A stretch of DNA of 64,000 nucleotides from Tubiluchus corallicola (taxonomy: Eukaryota; Animalia; Priapulida): the NCBI GenBank assembly GCA_030141605.1, contig JAQGDQ010000011.1, forward strand, positions 300,441-364,440. The letters run 5' to 3'. A model generated the notes under the pieces. That model was not told where the DNA came from. It ran no database searches and saw only the letters and a program-made list of their open reading frames with translations. Below, in pieces: positions 1 to 12,156 of this stretch (positions within the stretch are counted from its first letter, which is position 1; every line of letters starts with the position of its first letter). Made by a program: the position numbers and the translations under genes.

Positions 1-706
1 TTTCCAAATAAGTGCAAAACAACTGGCCACATAATTATATAAGAGTAAGGCCGACGAAAGTTCTAAAAAGCAAAATGTTTGTGCATAAATATTTATACTT
101 ACAGGCCTATACGTTTACACTTGTTCATATTTTATGCAAATAGTAATAGTCCGAATTATAAAAACCTTTACTAAGAAAATCATGAGCCAACAAAACACAT
201 GCAAAATGTTTGTGTTTTCACTGAGCAAACATTAGTAATAACTTCAGAAATTCATTAAGAAATGGTAACGCGTAGGCCTATGTGATTTCCTTTTGCAAGC
301 GTCTTTATAACCTTGTCAGTACATTGATGAGCATGTACTTAAAAAGTGTATAAAGTATTTACTTGGTTTAATGAACTAAGTTTTATAGACGGTGCTATTA
401 TTAACTTTAAATTGTTAAAAATTTAAAACAATTCGCCTACAAAAAATCTTTAATTGCAACTAATAAAAAGAGGTGGTGCAGCACGTACGAAATTTTTGAA
501 TATTTAAATATAAAATTTTGATAGTTTAAAATAGAATTATTTGCACCGAAAGCAACCAGCTTTTGTCTTCTCCAATTCGCTTGCCTTGGGAACCAGTGGG
601 ATGGCTCCCGCTCCAGACCCTCTACATCTACGATTATTATACTGATTTTTGCAGAATTTCATTGTCGTCTCCAGTAGTGCTTGTGTACATGTAAACCAAG
701 ACTTAC

Positions 707-824
707 AGATGACATTTGTGCCATTGCCACTTGTGTTTCTCCTGGTGTGGTAGAAAGACTGCGTGACCAACGTTGACAATTCTTGTGCTGAACCGCAGTA
801 ATCGTCTGGTTTTAAAAATCCAAT
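707..824 (-). CDS. LOXL: LOXL exon 6: catalytic domain up to the copper-binding motif
   Basis: [38 protein letters not shown]; tttctag / GTAAGT. Confidence 0.95.
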
Positions 825-3800
825 CTAGAAAAATTAAAGCAAGTTACAATTTCTATTGTAAACACGATAATGTAGAGAACAACACCGGCTTATCTAATAA
901 CACTGCTGACCTACATTGCCAACGCACACTGACAAATCTAGTCCCGACCAAATATGGTGCTCGTATGGTCTCAAGGCTGTTTACATAACAAGCCCATCAG
1001 TCACACGTAGGTGAATTAATTGAGTCCTGGTCATTGTAGCCAGGAACTAGTGTGGTCAGCCGCTAATGTGGTCAATTGCCATTAAAACGTGCAACAAAAA
1101 CAACGTAATGATTCATATGGCATAGGACAGAGATATAGTCACTGAGAAAAACAGACCGAAGTCTGTCGACTCGTAAAATGGACCTTTTGTGCTTTTTCAC
1201 TTGGACCAGAATTTGAAAACGCTCACTGATATTGCTTTTTGTTGGTTACATTTAGTGTTTTGCGCCCTTGTTAAATTGTCTCACTGAGCAACTCTAAAAA
1301 ACTGCTGACACCGTCTACGAAGGAGAGTCTGGGCCCAGTTTCACAAAGCCGTCACTAACTTAGCGGTGTCGTTATTAATAGTTAAGTGAATGTAATAACG
1401 ACGTCGTTAACTTAGTGACAGCTTTGTGAAACCGGCCCCTGGACTTGAAAGCTTTGCCGGACTGAGGACGACAAGTGCATAAAGGGCATAAAAACCAATA
1501 ACAGATTAAAAATGTTTTAATGAAAAGTTGTTTTAACATTAAAATTATAATATCCTATAAACAATGTTTTTAGCCAGCGAGTAATTATCTAGTTATTTAT
1601 AAGAATGAAGTTAAACTGCTTACTGAAATGGCTTCTATCTACCGCGTAAGCAGATGAAGCCAGACAGTTTTCCTCCATTGCGCACTGCAAGAAGAAAAAT
1701 TGCCTGTCCTCCAAATGGGCTGTGCTTTCCAGGAGTTGAGTGTCTATGGTGAGGTCCGCAAGTTCTGCAAGAATAAGCTTTTAAAATTATTTAGCCTATT
1801 CGCGTTCAGACAGTTACTGCAGTGGAAAAGTACGTTGGAAACTGGTTTGTTTTGTTTTAGGATGGCAACACTTTTGTGACACTATATGTAATGCCAAACG
1901 TACTTGTATTCTGAGCAACGCGAGCTGATAGACTGAAACTGTCAATATAAAATAAATTCGAATCAAAAATCCCAGTGTGTGCTGAACAGACAAGTCCTGA
2001 AATGTGGACAAAGCTTTGCTAATAAACAATTTTCTTAGATAAATCATCAGTATTTTTTATATGGGTTTACACTGACTAGTCGTCACATATGCAAAGACGT
2101 TCACAACACCTGTTGTAGTAGACAATGGTCAACTAAATGCTGACATGGCTGATGGCGTGAATTTCATACAGGCATTAAAATATCCGTGTTTATAGTTTTA
2201 CAATTACCTTGTGCACATATTACGCCAGCAATATTGTTTCGTCCCGGGCAAAAGACATTTTCTTTGTTACCATGACTACACTCAAGTAAATTAGTCTCGT
2301 TACCGTTGCAGTGTAAATCACTAAGTAAAATTTTCTTCGCGTTTTCACCAAAATCATGAGATATCTGAAAATATACAAGTTTGCATAATGCAGCTGCGAA
2401 TCAGTTAAATCGCACAGTGACTTCATTTCGTTAATTTTCTTCTTTGTGCATAAATGAACATATCTTCGAGGAAAACAGGCAAGATCAGCACGGCGAATGA
2501 AACCATCCGGAGTGAACCTTTTACGCGAAGCATACGAAGAATTAAGGGTTTCACGGGCATAAGGTTATCTACAAATGAATTGCCTAAACATAAAGGCTAT
2601 GTACAATTATACACACAGCGGTGTTATTTGATTAAAATTAAATTTAAAAATAAAATATTAGATTCATGCGCAGGTCAGATTGCCATCAAACTTCTCAGAA
2701 ACTAATAAAAATGTTGCGGAGTTCTTCAATTTTTGTATGAACTGATCAACAGCGTTTGTCGTTACTCGCGACTACTCATCATTGAGGCTAACCGCTGATA
2801 GAGATCCTGAAACTTTGGACAACGAGAAAATAAGCTGCATATTCTGTCTTACAAGTGTCCAATTCTATTGTCTAAATGTCCTATACATGCGACCAAATAA
2901 ACGGACGAGAAAAAGAATGGGGAAGAATTAGCGTAGTGCGGCTGGTGCCATAACCGGCCATTTAGCCTACCTGTAAAGCTGACTGCGCATGCTTATATCC
3001 CAAATGTCTGCAGGCCACCATTGCGGCAAATATATTCCAGGAGTCTGCACATATGAACCCCCATGTTCCCGGATAAAATTTAACTTCTAAACGTCCTCCG
3101 TTGCTTTTCACATCTCTTTCAATCAGCCGCATTTGAAATGTGTTGCTGGTTTCCTGAAAAATTTCCACTAGTACATGAAAGATAGATGGTCAGAGGTCAA
3201 GGTCATGACAAAGACTATTTCAGTTTTTATAGCTATAGCCAAAATGCAATTTATACATCAGCTGGAGCAAAAAATGTGTCAGAATTTAGACTATAATAAT
3301 AACAGAAATGAGCAGCATACAAAGTTAACATTTGACAGCGTTATATTACAGTGCATTAGCCTTTGGCTGTGAAAGAAAAAATTGCAGCTTTAGTGGCTTT
3401 GAAGTTATGACAGATAGACATTTGCATTTTAAAAAATTAAACATGGAATAATATCAAATAATCACCAACTGAAAAACAGCCACGTTCAGCGACTTATCAA
3501 GCACTCAGTACATGGAGCAACACAATAAGGAGAACAGCCAAATTTAATTTACAGATTGGAAACTACCAAAGAAAATAAAGCACTGATTTATTGCCAAGAA
3601 ACAGCAGGAAAATCTGCCGTTCCCTTAAAGAGAATGTGTGCAACCGCCACGCAAAACCGTTTGATGCAGAGGAACTAAAAGCAAAAATTGTTGAGTACTG
3701 GGACTAAATACGCCTTAAAGAAATGAGAAACTGTGTCAGTTTTTGGAAAAAACATCTTCATTAAGTTTGCACCAGGTCTTCACTTGTTTCACTGGCAAGG

Positions 3801-5120
3801 TACTCAAATAATTTAACAAAGGTAGAACTAACATTTAACACATTTAACGTAAAACGAAAACTTGTCATATGCATGTAAATAAACCATAAATTACCAGTGC
3901 ACTAGCTTCTGATTCTCAAAGGTATTATGCGTGGGGCGACGATATGTGCATTGGTTTTATCGTAGCAAATTATGTATAATATTGTTTTACATCTATTGAG
4001 AAGAAAGAGCATTACAAAATCAGACGCTTCTTCAGCACTTACTTTTTTTACTGAAATGGCTTCAGTGGGTAAGGTTGATCTAAGAAGATGACTGCGCGAA
4101 GCATTTGCACCATTTGCACATTCAACCCCTGCAGCCTCGCTGACGTCACAATTGCGAACTCTCCAACCATCAAATCTACATTCAGAAAGAAGCAGCTCTG
4201 CACCAGTGCACATAAGGTTGTTCATCCAGATCCTTCCTGAAAATATGTAAAAGTACGATAGCTGTCAGTTTTTGGCACATAATTTCTTAATTTCTAACCT
4301 GACTTATGTCACATAAGTCAGGTTAAAAATTAACAGATTTTCATTTTGTCAATGTCTGGGAGTCATTATATTTATTTGAAGAAATCCAATAGCCATTTCA
4401 GGAATTGAACACGGGGCTGTCCGAATTCCGCACGGAGCACTTACTGTACAGTGCGCTTTTCTACTCTCCGCTCAGCTGTGAATTTTAAAGCTTATTAGCA
4501 CGTTTGATTAGACGTCGGAAGAGCATGACAGTCCCAGGGCTTCGTTCCACTTTGGATATACCCAGAGTATATTTTTTATCTTTTAGGAATCCTAGAAGTA
4601 ATGATCTTAAAGTTAAAACTAAGAAGAATTCAGATATTTTGCCTTTTTAAACTGCAGGCTCGAAGAACCAAAATTTACAAAATTTACCAGAACTTACACG
4701 GTATAAAACCGTTGCCTTTCTTGATGTTAGAAGTTGCTCAAAATTCCTTAGACTTTTTTAACTTGTAATGTGAAAGAAACACTTCAACGTACGCTTTGCC
4801 CTGCCAAACGTAGAATCGTGGGTGTACCTTACCACTCCAGAGAAACCCAATTGTCTGCAGACGACCGTCGCTTCCTCCGCGTCAAATTCGTCATCACAAA
4901 TCGAACCCCACCTCCCAGAGTGATATATTTGTACATTTCCTTCTGAAGCCGTCCTGCCTCCCACTAGTCTCAAACCGCCCTCGAATCTCGACGATTTTGC
5001 TCGAACGTGGAGGGATTTTTCAACGAGATCATCACCTGTTAGTGTGGCACTTGTCAACAAGATCACATATAGCACCAGAAAGAAACTGTTAACAATTAGA
5101 CAGTCGTGAGCATTGGACAT
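707..5120 (-). CDS. LOXL: Lysyl oxidase-like protein (LOXL2/3/4 type), 3'-incomplete in window. Exons 5120-4793, 4236-4043, 3153-2971, 2364-2208, 1764-1624, 824-707
   Basis: Six GT-AG exons join in frame (phases 1,0,0,1,1,2): hydrophobic signal peptide, SRCR1, SRCR2, then the LOX domain (LADLTID...[23 protein letters not shown]; [14 protein letters not shown]...WQWHKCH). The HYHSM part of the copper site must lie in an exon left of the window. Confidence 0.95.
1332..1438. mobile_element. Short foldback MITE, PIF/Harbinger-like
   Basis: ~45-bp inverted arms (ggcccagtttcacaaagccgtcactaa / ttagtgacagctttgtgaaaccggccc) flanked by CTG on both sides (3-bp TSD). Confidence 0.7.
1624..1764 (-). CDS. 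LOXL: LOXL exon 5: start of lysyl oxidase catalytic domain
   Basis: [39 protein letters not shown]; ttgcag / GTAAGC. Confidence 0.95.
2208..2364 (-). CDS. LOXL: LOXL exon 4: second half of SRCR2
   Basis: [20 protein letters not shown]...IAGVICAQ; ttttcag acceptor, GTAATT donor; this frame is not in the ORF track. Confidence 0.92.
2971..3153 (-). CDS. LOXL: LOXL exon 3: first half of SRCR2
   Basis: [34 protein letters not shown]; 183 nt, phase 0-0. Confidence 0.93.
4043..4236 (-). CDS. LOXL: LOXL exon 2: second half of SRCR1 and linker
   Basis: ttttcag acceptor; [18 protein letters not shown]...[12 protein letters not shown]; donor GTAAGT. Confidence 0.93.
4287..4333. repeat. Near-perfect palindrome in LOXL intron 1
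   Basis: taacctgacttatgt-c-acataagtcaggtta (15-bp perfect arms), extending to ttaa on both sides. Confidence 0.85.
4793..5120 (-). CDS. LOXL: LOXL coding exon 1: signal peptide and first half of SRCR1
   Basis: [13 protein letters not shown] hydrophobic stretch; LRLVGG...[20 protein letters not shown]...VVCRQLGF; donor GTACGT at 4792. Confidence 0.93.
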
Positions 5121-7249
5121 GATTTCTATCGAAAAAAGTTGCTTTGTTCTTTGAATTTTTTCACAACTGATTTATGCTTTGATTCAACTTGAAATAATGC
5201 CTTAAACTCTGCAAAACGAGCTTCTCGGGTTGGGTCAACTTATACTAGCTCACTTATCAACTTACCTGTTAACTGTGTAGGCATAAGAGCCATAAATGTA
5301 CTTGATGGTGTTTTATAGCTCGCTGTTATGTTTCGACACTGCACATGTTATGAGATGTCGTGATATTACGGCGCGTTTATTATCCTATTTAACGTGTTCA
5401 CCTATGGAAAGCCCATTTGAGTAAACAAAAAGTCGTTGTGTATGGGCTTGAGTTGTGTCAGGTAACATAGGCTTACATAGCTGACAGCAACTTGCATTAA
5501 CATGCTCAGCAATAGATGGCGCTGGAAAGTTAAAAAAAGATCTATGTCAGTGAAAGGTATACATAAATAGTACATAAATTATAACAAATTATTTAATTGT
5601 CAAATACTGGGCCCAGAACAAAGCCAAGTTCCATAATGGTTTAATTGTTCCTGTATGTTATAACGGTTCAATTTGTACTCTTGCATATACGCCTTAGACC
5701 TTCTGGTGCTGCAATGCATTTATCAGTCTTTATCTCTGATCTATGATTGTGTAACTCTTAAGCTAGCGTGGAAGATTTTTCATTTTTAATTTGTATTTGA
5801 ATCATTTCTCGTATTTTTATGATTTAGTTAGCGTTACTGCATTCCATGTGCTGTAATGTGTTTCCAAGCCAATTATTTCGTAGTAGATATTATAGGTCTA
5901 ATATACGCATTGTCCTACACACTTAGTTTCTCAGCTAAATTATTTTCATCGCATTTTTAAATCATGTTTTAGTTTTTTGTCATTTCATATGCTCGTGAAC
6001 AGACCAGCTTTGTGGCTAGGTATAGGGAAGTCACTAATTATCGGTTAGATTTGCCTGGTGTTGAACTGTTCATGATTTTGGCTACTTTCAGTGCTTCGCC
6101 AGCAGACGAAGGCTTGCTGGCAATTCGTACTGGTAGTTGTGTATTGAACGTTTTCTGAAATCTTCCAATGTTGTATTGCGTAGCTGAAGTTTTGTAAGTT
6201 CTGTAATTAGCAATAAGTGATTGATTTGTTTTTAAACTTTGAAGGCTATTCGAACAGCTAGGTGGATACAGTTTGTGTAGCTAAGTGGCAAAACTCGCAA
6301 GTTCGACAAGTTCAGTCATCTACAAAAGTAAGTTAATTTAATAATTATTACCCAGTATGTACCGTTGTTTGTCTGCTTGCAGTCTCAGTTTGCTAGTTTT
6401 AGTTGAACTGCAGTTTTTAAAAGTTTCTGTACTACATATAGTTTATTGCCCGGCGTACACATGGTCGGTTATAGGTTTTACACGTACACTGTTGCTTCTA
6501 GAGTCTAGTCTAGAGTTTAGTTGCTTGACCAATATCTGTATCACTGTCATCTGCACGATTGTAATAGTAATTATAATCCGTTGCCTAGTGAGTGGTGGAA
6601 ATTCAGGGTATTTTCGTGTAGGTGTGTGTCTGTTGTGGATATGTGCTTTTAAATTGTCTCTAAAGTGAACAAAAATCCTTTTTTTGCTCTCTCGACTTCC
6701 CTGTCGTCTGTCAGCGACTAGCTGAGAGAATGTAAATAAATATTCATTGCGCGCTGCTGGTGCACGGAGCTCTTTCCATTTAGAATTGGCCGCCTCACTA
6801 GTCGGTTTGGCTTCATTAGTGTCATAGGGTCACAGCCTTCTGTCCTTTAAACAGTGTTTGCGCGACGGGGCAATTGTGTTCTGGGATCCTGGCGTTAAAC
6901 AAAACACATGTGGTGCACACATAGCAGTATTTTCTATCCTCCAGACAGGAAATGAAGCTGCTAAGATCAGATGTGGTAACCGGCGCAGTGAGAGAATGGG
7001 AAAAAGTTATACATAATGGTTAACATCGGTTGCGAAGCCACTTTGTCTATTTTCCCTAGATTTTGTTTGCCACTGGTCCAGTTTACTTTCTGATTTGCAA
7101 TTGAGACGTGTTAACCAGGGGCAGACATGTTGTTCAGTTTAGGAATTCTTTCAAACAGTAGTTAACTTCTACACCAAATTGTAAGTAATTGCCAGCTTTT
7201 GCCTGGACGTATGTACAGGCTGGTATAACCATTTGCTAGAAGGGTGGTA

Positions 7250-8395
7250 CAAAAACAACCTTTTGGAAAACGATAATAATTGGGGATATAAAGAATGTGT
7301 TAAAAGATGTAGTCTAAAAGAAAGCAGTGAAATTGTGAAAATAAGGCTGATTGTGAAAAAACTGAAAGCAGTTACAAGAACTTTCATAAAAATAATTTAT
7401 TGTGTTCTATATGTTGTTCAGACAAGTATTCAAGTTCAACTAAGCATCTTTTCAACTGCAAAGAAAACCAAATGTCAATAAAAGAAGCAAATGTGAAAGA
7501 AGACATCATTCTAAGTGAAAATTGGGAAACATTGTAAAAGAGTATATGATTTTATTGGAAATTGTATAAATCTCAGAAAATGTTTGATAAAGAACTTAAA
7601 CTGAACAGTGTTGAATAAAATAGTGTTTAAAGAAACCCTGGATGAAGTGGATTCAGTGTATTTACAGTATTCACAGTGACGATTAACATTAGAAAACAAT
7701 TTATTGCCTCAAAATATTGCAAATCTGTCATGCTGTCAATATTTCGTGCGTATGTCCCACACAGCTTGTAAATCTGTCAGGTTTAAAAACACGCACAGCC
7801 AAGTTTAAAAACGAGTTCATAGAAGAAAATACTATTGTTAATAAAAACCCGTTAAAAGAGCAATCTTTACATACATCCTTACTCAGAAAGGCCAACACAC
7901 CAACCCTAAAGTCCCCCTTAACAACAGACTATGTCATTTCTGTAAAGATCAAAAAATTGATGACGAAAAGCATTTAGTTCTTGAATGTAACTATTATAAT
8001 TATTTAAGACATAGCCTGTTTTTTCATGTCATTGAAATTTTCCCAAACTTTATTAATATTATGGTACAGGAAACATTTATATTTCTAATGAATGGAAATG
8101 AAAGTGAACTTGCAAATTTAATTTCAAACTGTATTACAAACTGTTTTAAAAGAAGAAAATGATATCTTAGTTGCAGAAAACCATATTCAATTGATAGCAA
8201 AAGCACATTATTGTAATTATATAATTTTTGTGAACGTGTAAATACTATTTACTGTTTAACCTCTACTGTTTCTTTTACTGTTTAATAATTATGACGATTA
8301 TACCCAAGTGTTGGGATGCTTTGTATGTTGTGTGATTTTTTTATGCAAATTGTATTGTATATTGTTTTGTGTCGTTCGTCAATAAACTATTATGT
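7250..8395 (+). mobile_element. Decayed LINE 3' fragment (ORF2 C-terminal zinc knuckle plus 3' UTR); 5' boundary approximate
   Basis: 7926-8010 reads RLCHFCKDQKIDDEKHLVLECNYYNYLR (CCHC knuckle typical of non-LTR ORF2); AATAAA at 8381; upstream frame broken. Confidence 0.7.
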
Positions 8396-8399
8396 AATC

Positions 8400-8855
8400 T
8401 TGAGAGGTATGATCGGAACAGCAAGTTGAAAACTCTGAGATAAATTTTTTGGCTGAACTGAAAGGCTTGGAAATTCATAGCACCTTAACCGTGCCAAACA
8501 CACTGAAGCTATCCCGAAAAACAGACTGGACGCTAAGATGATAAGACATCTGCAAGATGTGTTGGAGGATCTTGAATTCTTCGAGTCACTGCTCCAATCA
8601 CGGTTCCCGGCAATAAAGTCACAGGGAAAAAAGCCACGGAAAAAGTTGCTTTACTTGTGATTTTTTTACCTAGATTCCTAATCATATCACTCCAGATTGA
8701 AGCTGTTTGAGACTTAGTAAGCTTCCACACCGAATTTTGAAAGCATGATAGAGATAGATTCGCAGTTGTTTGAACAATACTTTAATGTAATACATTGTTT
8801 TGTTGTTGTTGTGCTTATGATATACCCCCTTAGCAAAAGGTTATGGACCACCCTG
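8400..8855 (-). mobile_element. Tc1/mariner-like MITE, reverse partial copy of the family at 37480 and 44321
   Basis: Ends ...ggttatggaccaccctg|TA; internal gacatctgcaagatgtgttggaggatcttg...gtcactgctccaatca is the reverse complement of 44488-44545. Confidence 0.75.
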
Positions 8856-9039
8856 TATATCCATTCTAATGACGAAGCAGTTGCTATGGCACATGGGCGT
8901 TTTCATGTAAAAGGCAGTTGAAATTTTTTGCTAATTCAAATTATGTGCAGATGAACGATAAGATAGATAACTCAGTTACAGTATGATAAATTTGTCAATA
9001 TGGAAACTTACGTATTGAAATACCACCTTGTTGCTTAAT

Positions 9040-9222
9040 TGTGCATTCAGACTAGCGAATTTTCTAGCCGAGTTAACTCGCCAAGTAACTCGCAAGCATG
9101 TTCAACTAGTGTCAGAGAGTTGGCAATTTCTTGCCGACAGTAACTCACAAAGCAGTTCACACCTGCGAGTTTGCTGTCAGAGAGAAAACTCGCGACAGAA
9201 AACTAGCTAGTCTGGACGCGGC
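9040..9222. mobile_element. MITE with GTGCRTTCAGACTAG termini (Harbinger-like)
   Basis: gtgcattcagactagcga ... gctagtctggacgcg inverted ends; second copy at 61000-61200. Confidence 0.65.
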
Positions 9223-9934
9223 GTTATACAATGTAGTTGAACAGATATTACTTTACATTGAACATGTACCAAAACGGAAATCCCACTACAAAATTGTCTA
9301 TTGGATTCCCGTAAGGAATTTTTGATTAATTGTTGTAGAATCTGTGTAGTATGTAGAAAAACACAACAATCCTGTTACATTCCTGTACCGTTTCCCATTG
9401 TAAATGTGCTGCCCGTTTCCTCAGGTCAAGTTTGTACAACGTTATAATTTCACGAAACCCACCGGCTTCTCGTAACCTCAGTTCCACTTTCTCTCTGGTA
9501 GCATCATGTATCCAATTCGTGCAAATTCTAGTAGACTTAAACAATTATTATTTAAAAATTAAAAGCAAATTTTTATTTGTGTTTAAAGCCTTAACTTTTT
9601 TATTTATTGTTACTTGAGGCATAATAACATTCAAAATGCATTTTAGAACTGGCAGAATCTTGGACGAAACCAAAATCAACCGTCATAGCCACATCTTAGA
9701 AACAATTTCGTAGCACAGAATTTTGAGTGAAACAAATTGGTGATGCATACATTAATTTTCAATAAAAAAACTGAACTTCAGACAACGTCTAATAGCGATA
9801 ACAAAAACTATTTTTGGCATATTGATTTTTACTAGCAGCAATGCTACTGTTGTCTTCGTATTCATAAGTTTAATTTTAGTCTGAATAGTTTTCCAATCAA
9901 AGTCAGTAGAATCCAGTTAGAATCCAGTAGAGAG

Positions 9935-10075
9935 TATGATCGTGCTCAACGAATGAAGTTAAGCATTGCTCAGCATGGTTGGTAAATAGATACATGCCCG
10001 TCTGGAAAACTCCCGCATGCTGGATGGTTTCATTTCCCGTTATTTACCTCGCCGAGAGAATATGTATGTGCATTG
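9935..10075 (+). mobile_element. Decayed 5S-rRNA-derived segment (SINE3-like)
   Basis: gaagttaagca...ggttggtaaatagatacatgcccgtctggaaaactcccgcatgctg aligns by eye with the 5S internal control region (GAAGTTAAGCA...GGTTAGTACTTGGATGGGTGACCGCCTGGGAATACCGGGTGCTG). Confidence 0.55.
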
Positions 10076-10760
10076 CAAACATTGCTAAGAGGCTGGTACC
10101 GCTTCTGTAATCTTAGAAAATTAGCTTGACAATATCCTAGATACCAGTCTTAGCACAACCATTAAGTAGGTGCAGCTTCGAATGATAGATTTCGGCTAGC
10201 AGAATGCCGCACAGAAGAAAAAAACGCTAGCTGTATCAACTGTGGTGACTAGCAGTTTACAATCTCCTCTCCTTCCCAATCCCCAGTGTCTTAATGTTGT
10301 AACACGAAGCTAATATTAGTAAACAGTGACATCTATTCAGTAGGACGTCCCCATTTCTCACGTCCAGCTTGTTCGCGGAGTGTCGCGGAAGCCGCCTCAT
10401 TTGCCAGTTTTACTCGGGAATTGCTTCCAGAAATTTTGCATCAATTCCTAGAGGAGTCCGACTTACGAAAATTGGAGTTTTCTGTTGTTCACATTTACTG
10501 GTAGCTTGTGCCATAAATACCAAAACATTCTGCATCTTAATTGGCTGAATATCATTCTAGACCTTCAGAGGTTCTGTGCACAGCGGGGTGTTGGTAGATT
10601 AGCCCACGTGTGAACTCGTAATGGTCATCTGCAGAAGAATTTTACTGGCAGTAAATGGGCCTTAGGCAGCAAAGGTTGAAATTCTCAAGACAGTAAAAAA
10701 TACAGGTTGCTAATAGAGTGCAGTTCTGGCTCGTTGTAATAGCACAATATTCACACACAT

Positions 10761-10816
10761 CCTGGCGGTGTCACCCATCAAACTACTAATCTGCCCCAGC
10801 ATTGCCAAATTTTGGT
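10761..10816 (-). mobile_element. Decayed 5S-rRNA-derived segment
   Basis: cctggcggtgtcacccatcaaactactaatctgccccagcattgc resembles the reverse complement of the 5S box A-IE-C region. Confidence 0.55.
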
Positions 10817-11135
10817 TACACCAGTCAGCTTACTCAGAGCTTTTTTCTCACCCTCAATGTTTCGTAAGTTTCGTTGTTCATTGGGAGCGGCAGTACCTCT
10901 CTCCCGTCGCCAGATCTTCAGCCTTAAATAAGCACTAAAATATTGCTTTATACAGCAGTATATTAGAATTTGCTACAAAAGCAGTTAATTGTTAATAGTG
11001 CAAGTTCTAGACTTCTAGTATTTAATGCACTAATTTGAGTAAATGAAAATCAAATGTATGACTATTTCTTTAAGGAAATTCTCAATTTTGACGCCTGTGG
11101 CCATGTAATCAATGCCTATGTAAGCTGACCATCAC

Positions 11136-11137
<2 letters not shown>

Positions 11138-11195
<58 letters not shown>
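11138..11195. repeat. (TA)n microsatellite
   Basis: About 29 perfect TA units. Confidence 0.98.
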
Positions 11196-11200
<5 letters not shown>

Positions 11201-11737
11201 CCGGATAGCCGGGAGAGAGAGTACAAGCTCTTTTTCACGCATTTCAATTCAGCGAATATAATGTTTGTGAAAATTATTTCATTTCAAATTCCCATGCAAA
11301 TTCCTTACATTACTCTTCTCGCTGAATGTAATAACAAACCTATAAAAAACCAATAGATTGTAATTATTGTGGGCGGTATACTAGCCAAAAATTTGGAAAT
11401 GAGCGTGACGTCAGTAAATTTGAGTAAGAAGTCAATCATCATTTCCTATCCTTGGCTGTCTAATTACGCTTTAGTACGTTGCGGCCATTTATTAACCTGC
11501 TGTTTTTATTACACCCGGCTTTTCCTGCTTGGAGGGAAAAAGAGACTCCGAGTTTAGAGGAGGCGAGCGAGCGCATGTGATTGTTTTTGTGCGGGGGCGC
11601 TGCTTAGATGGTTTTTGCGTTTCTTGTTTTGTGCTTTGCGTGAAATCACAGCGGGTGAACTCCGCGCGTAAAGAAATCGCAATCTGAGAACGTTTTAAAG
11701 GCCCGGATGTGCAGTCAATCGTCGGCTAAATTTACAT

Positions 11738-12060
11738 TAATAAGCCTTTTCACAGTTCCAGCGATTAATGATGATCGTGAGAAGGTCAAAGGTTAAGTGT
11801 ATAAGACAACACTTATCTAGTTCATTATTTCTTGTTCCAAGCAAGACCCTACTAGTAAATCACTCTACTCACAGACTAATGAATAATTTAGTAAGTCCAC
11901 GTAAAACAACTGCTGAAGTTACTGTACTGATGCAGCAGATGGCTTTGCTTTACCAACATGTCACATGACGGAGGTAGTTAAGACGCGTTGCTGGGGTTCA
12001 CTTAACCTTTGACCAACAGCACTGCGCATGCGTACAACGAAACTGTGGAAAAGCTTATTA
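11738..12060 (+). mobile_element. MITE with taagccttttcacagtt termini
   Basis: Inverted termini taagcctttttcacagtt / aactgtggaaaagctta and internal inverted gtcaaaggttaagtg; reverse-orientation copy at 14657-15062. Confidence 0.8.
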
Positions 12061-12156
12061 TTTCAGTTGTAGAAGTGGACAGTTTAAAGTTTTACACCTG
12101 CGTGGGGTTAACTTTCAGTAAATGTTAAGTGTGATAGTATAAACTCACAACTGTTT

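Noticed and set aside
537-779. 80-aa minus-strand ORF as a continuation of LOXL
   Set aside because: Wrong frame; it lacks the expected HYHSM and HKASFC motifs, which were not found in 1-706.
9935-10025. Functional 5S rRNA gene
   Set aside because: Partial and heavily diverged; same for the other 5S-like copies.
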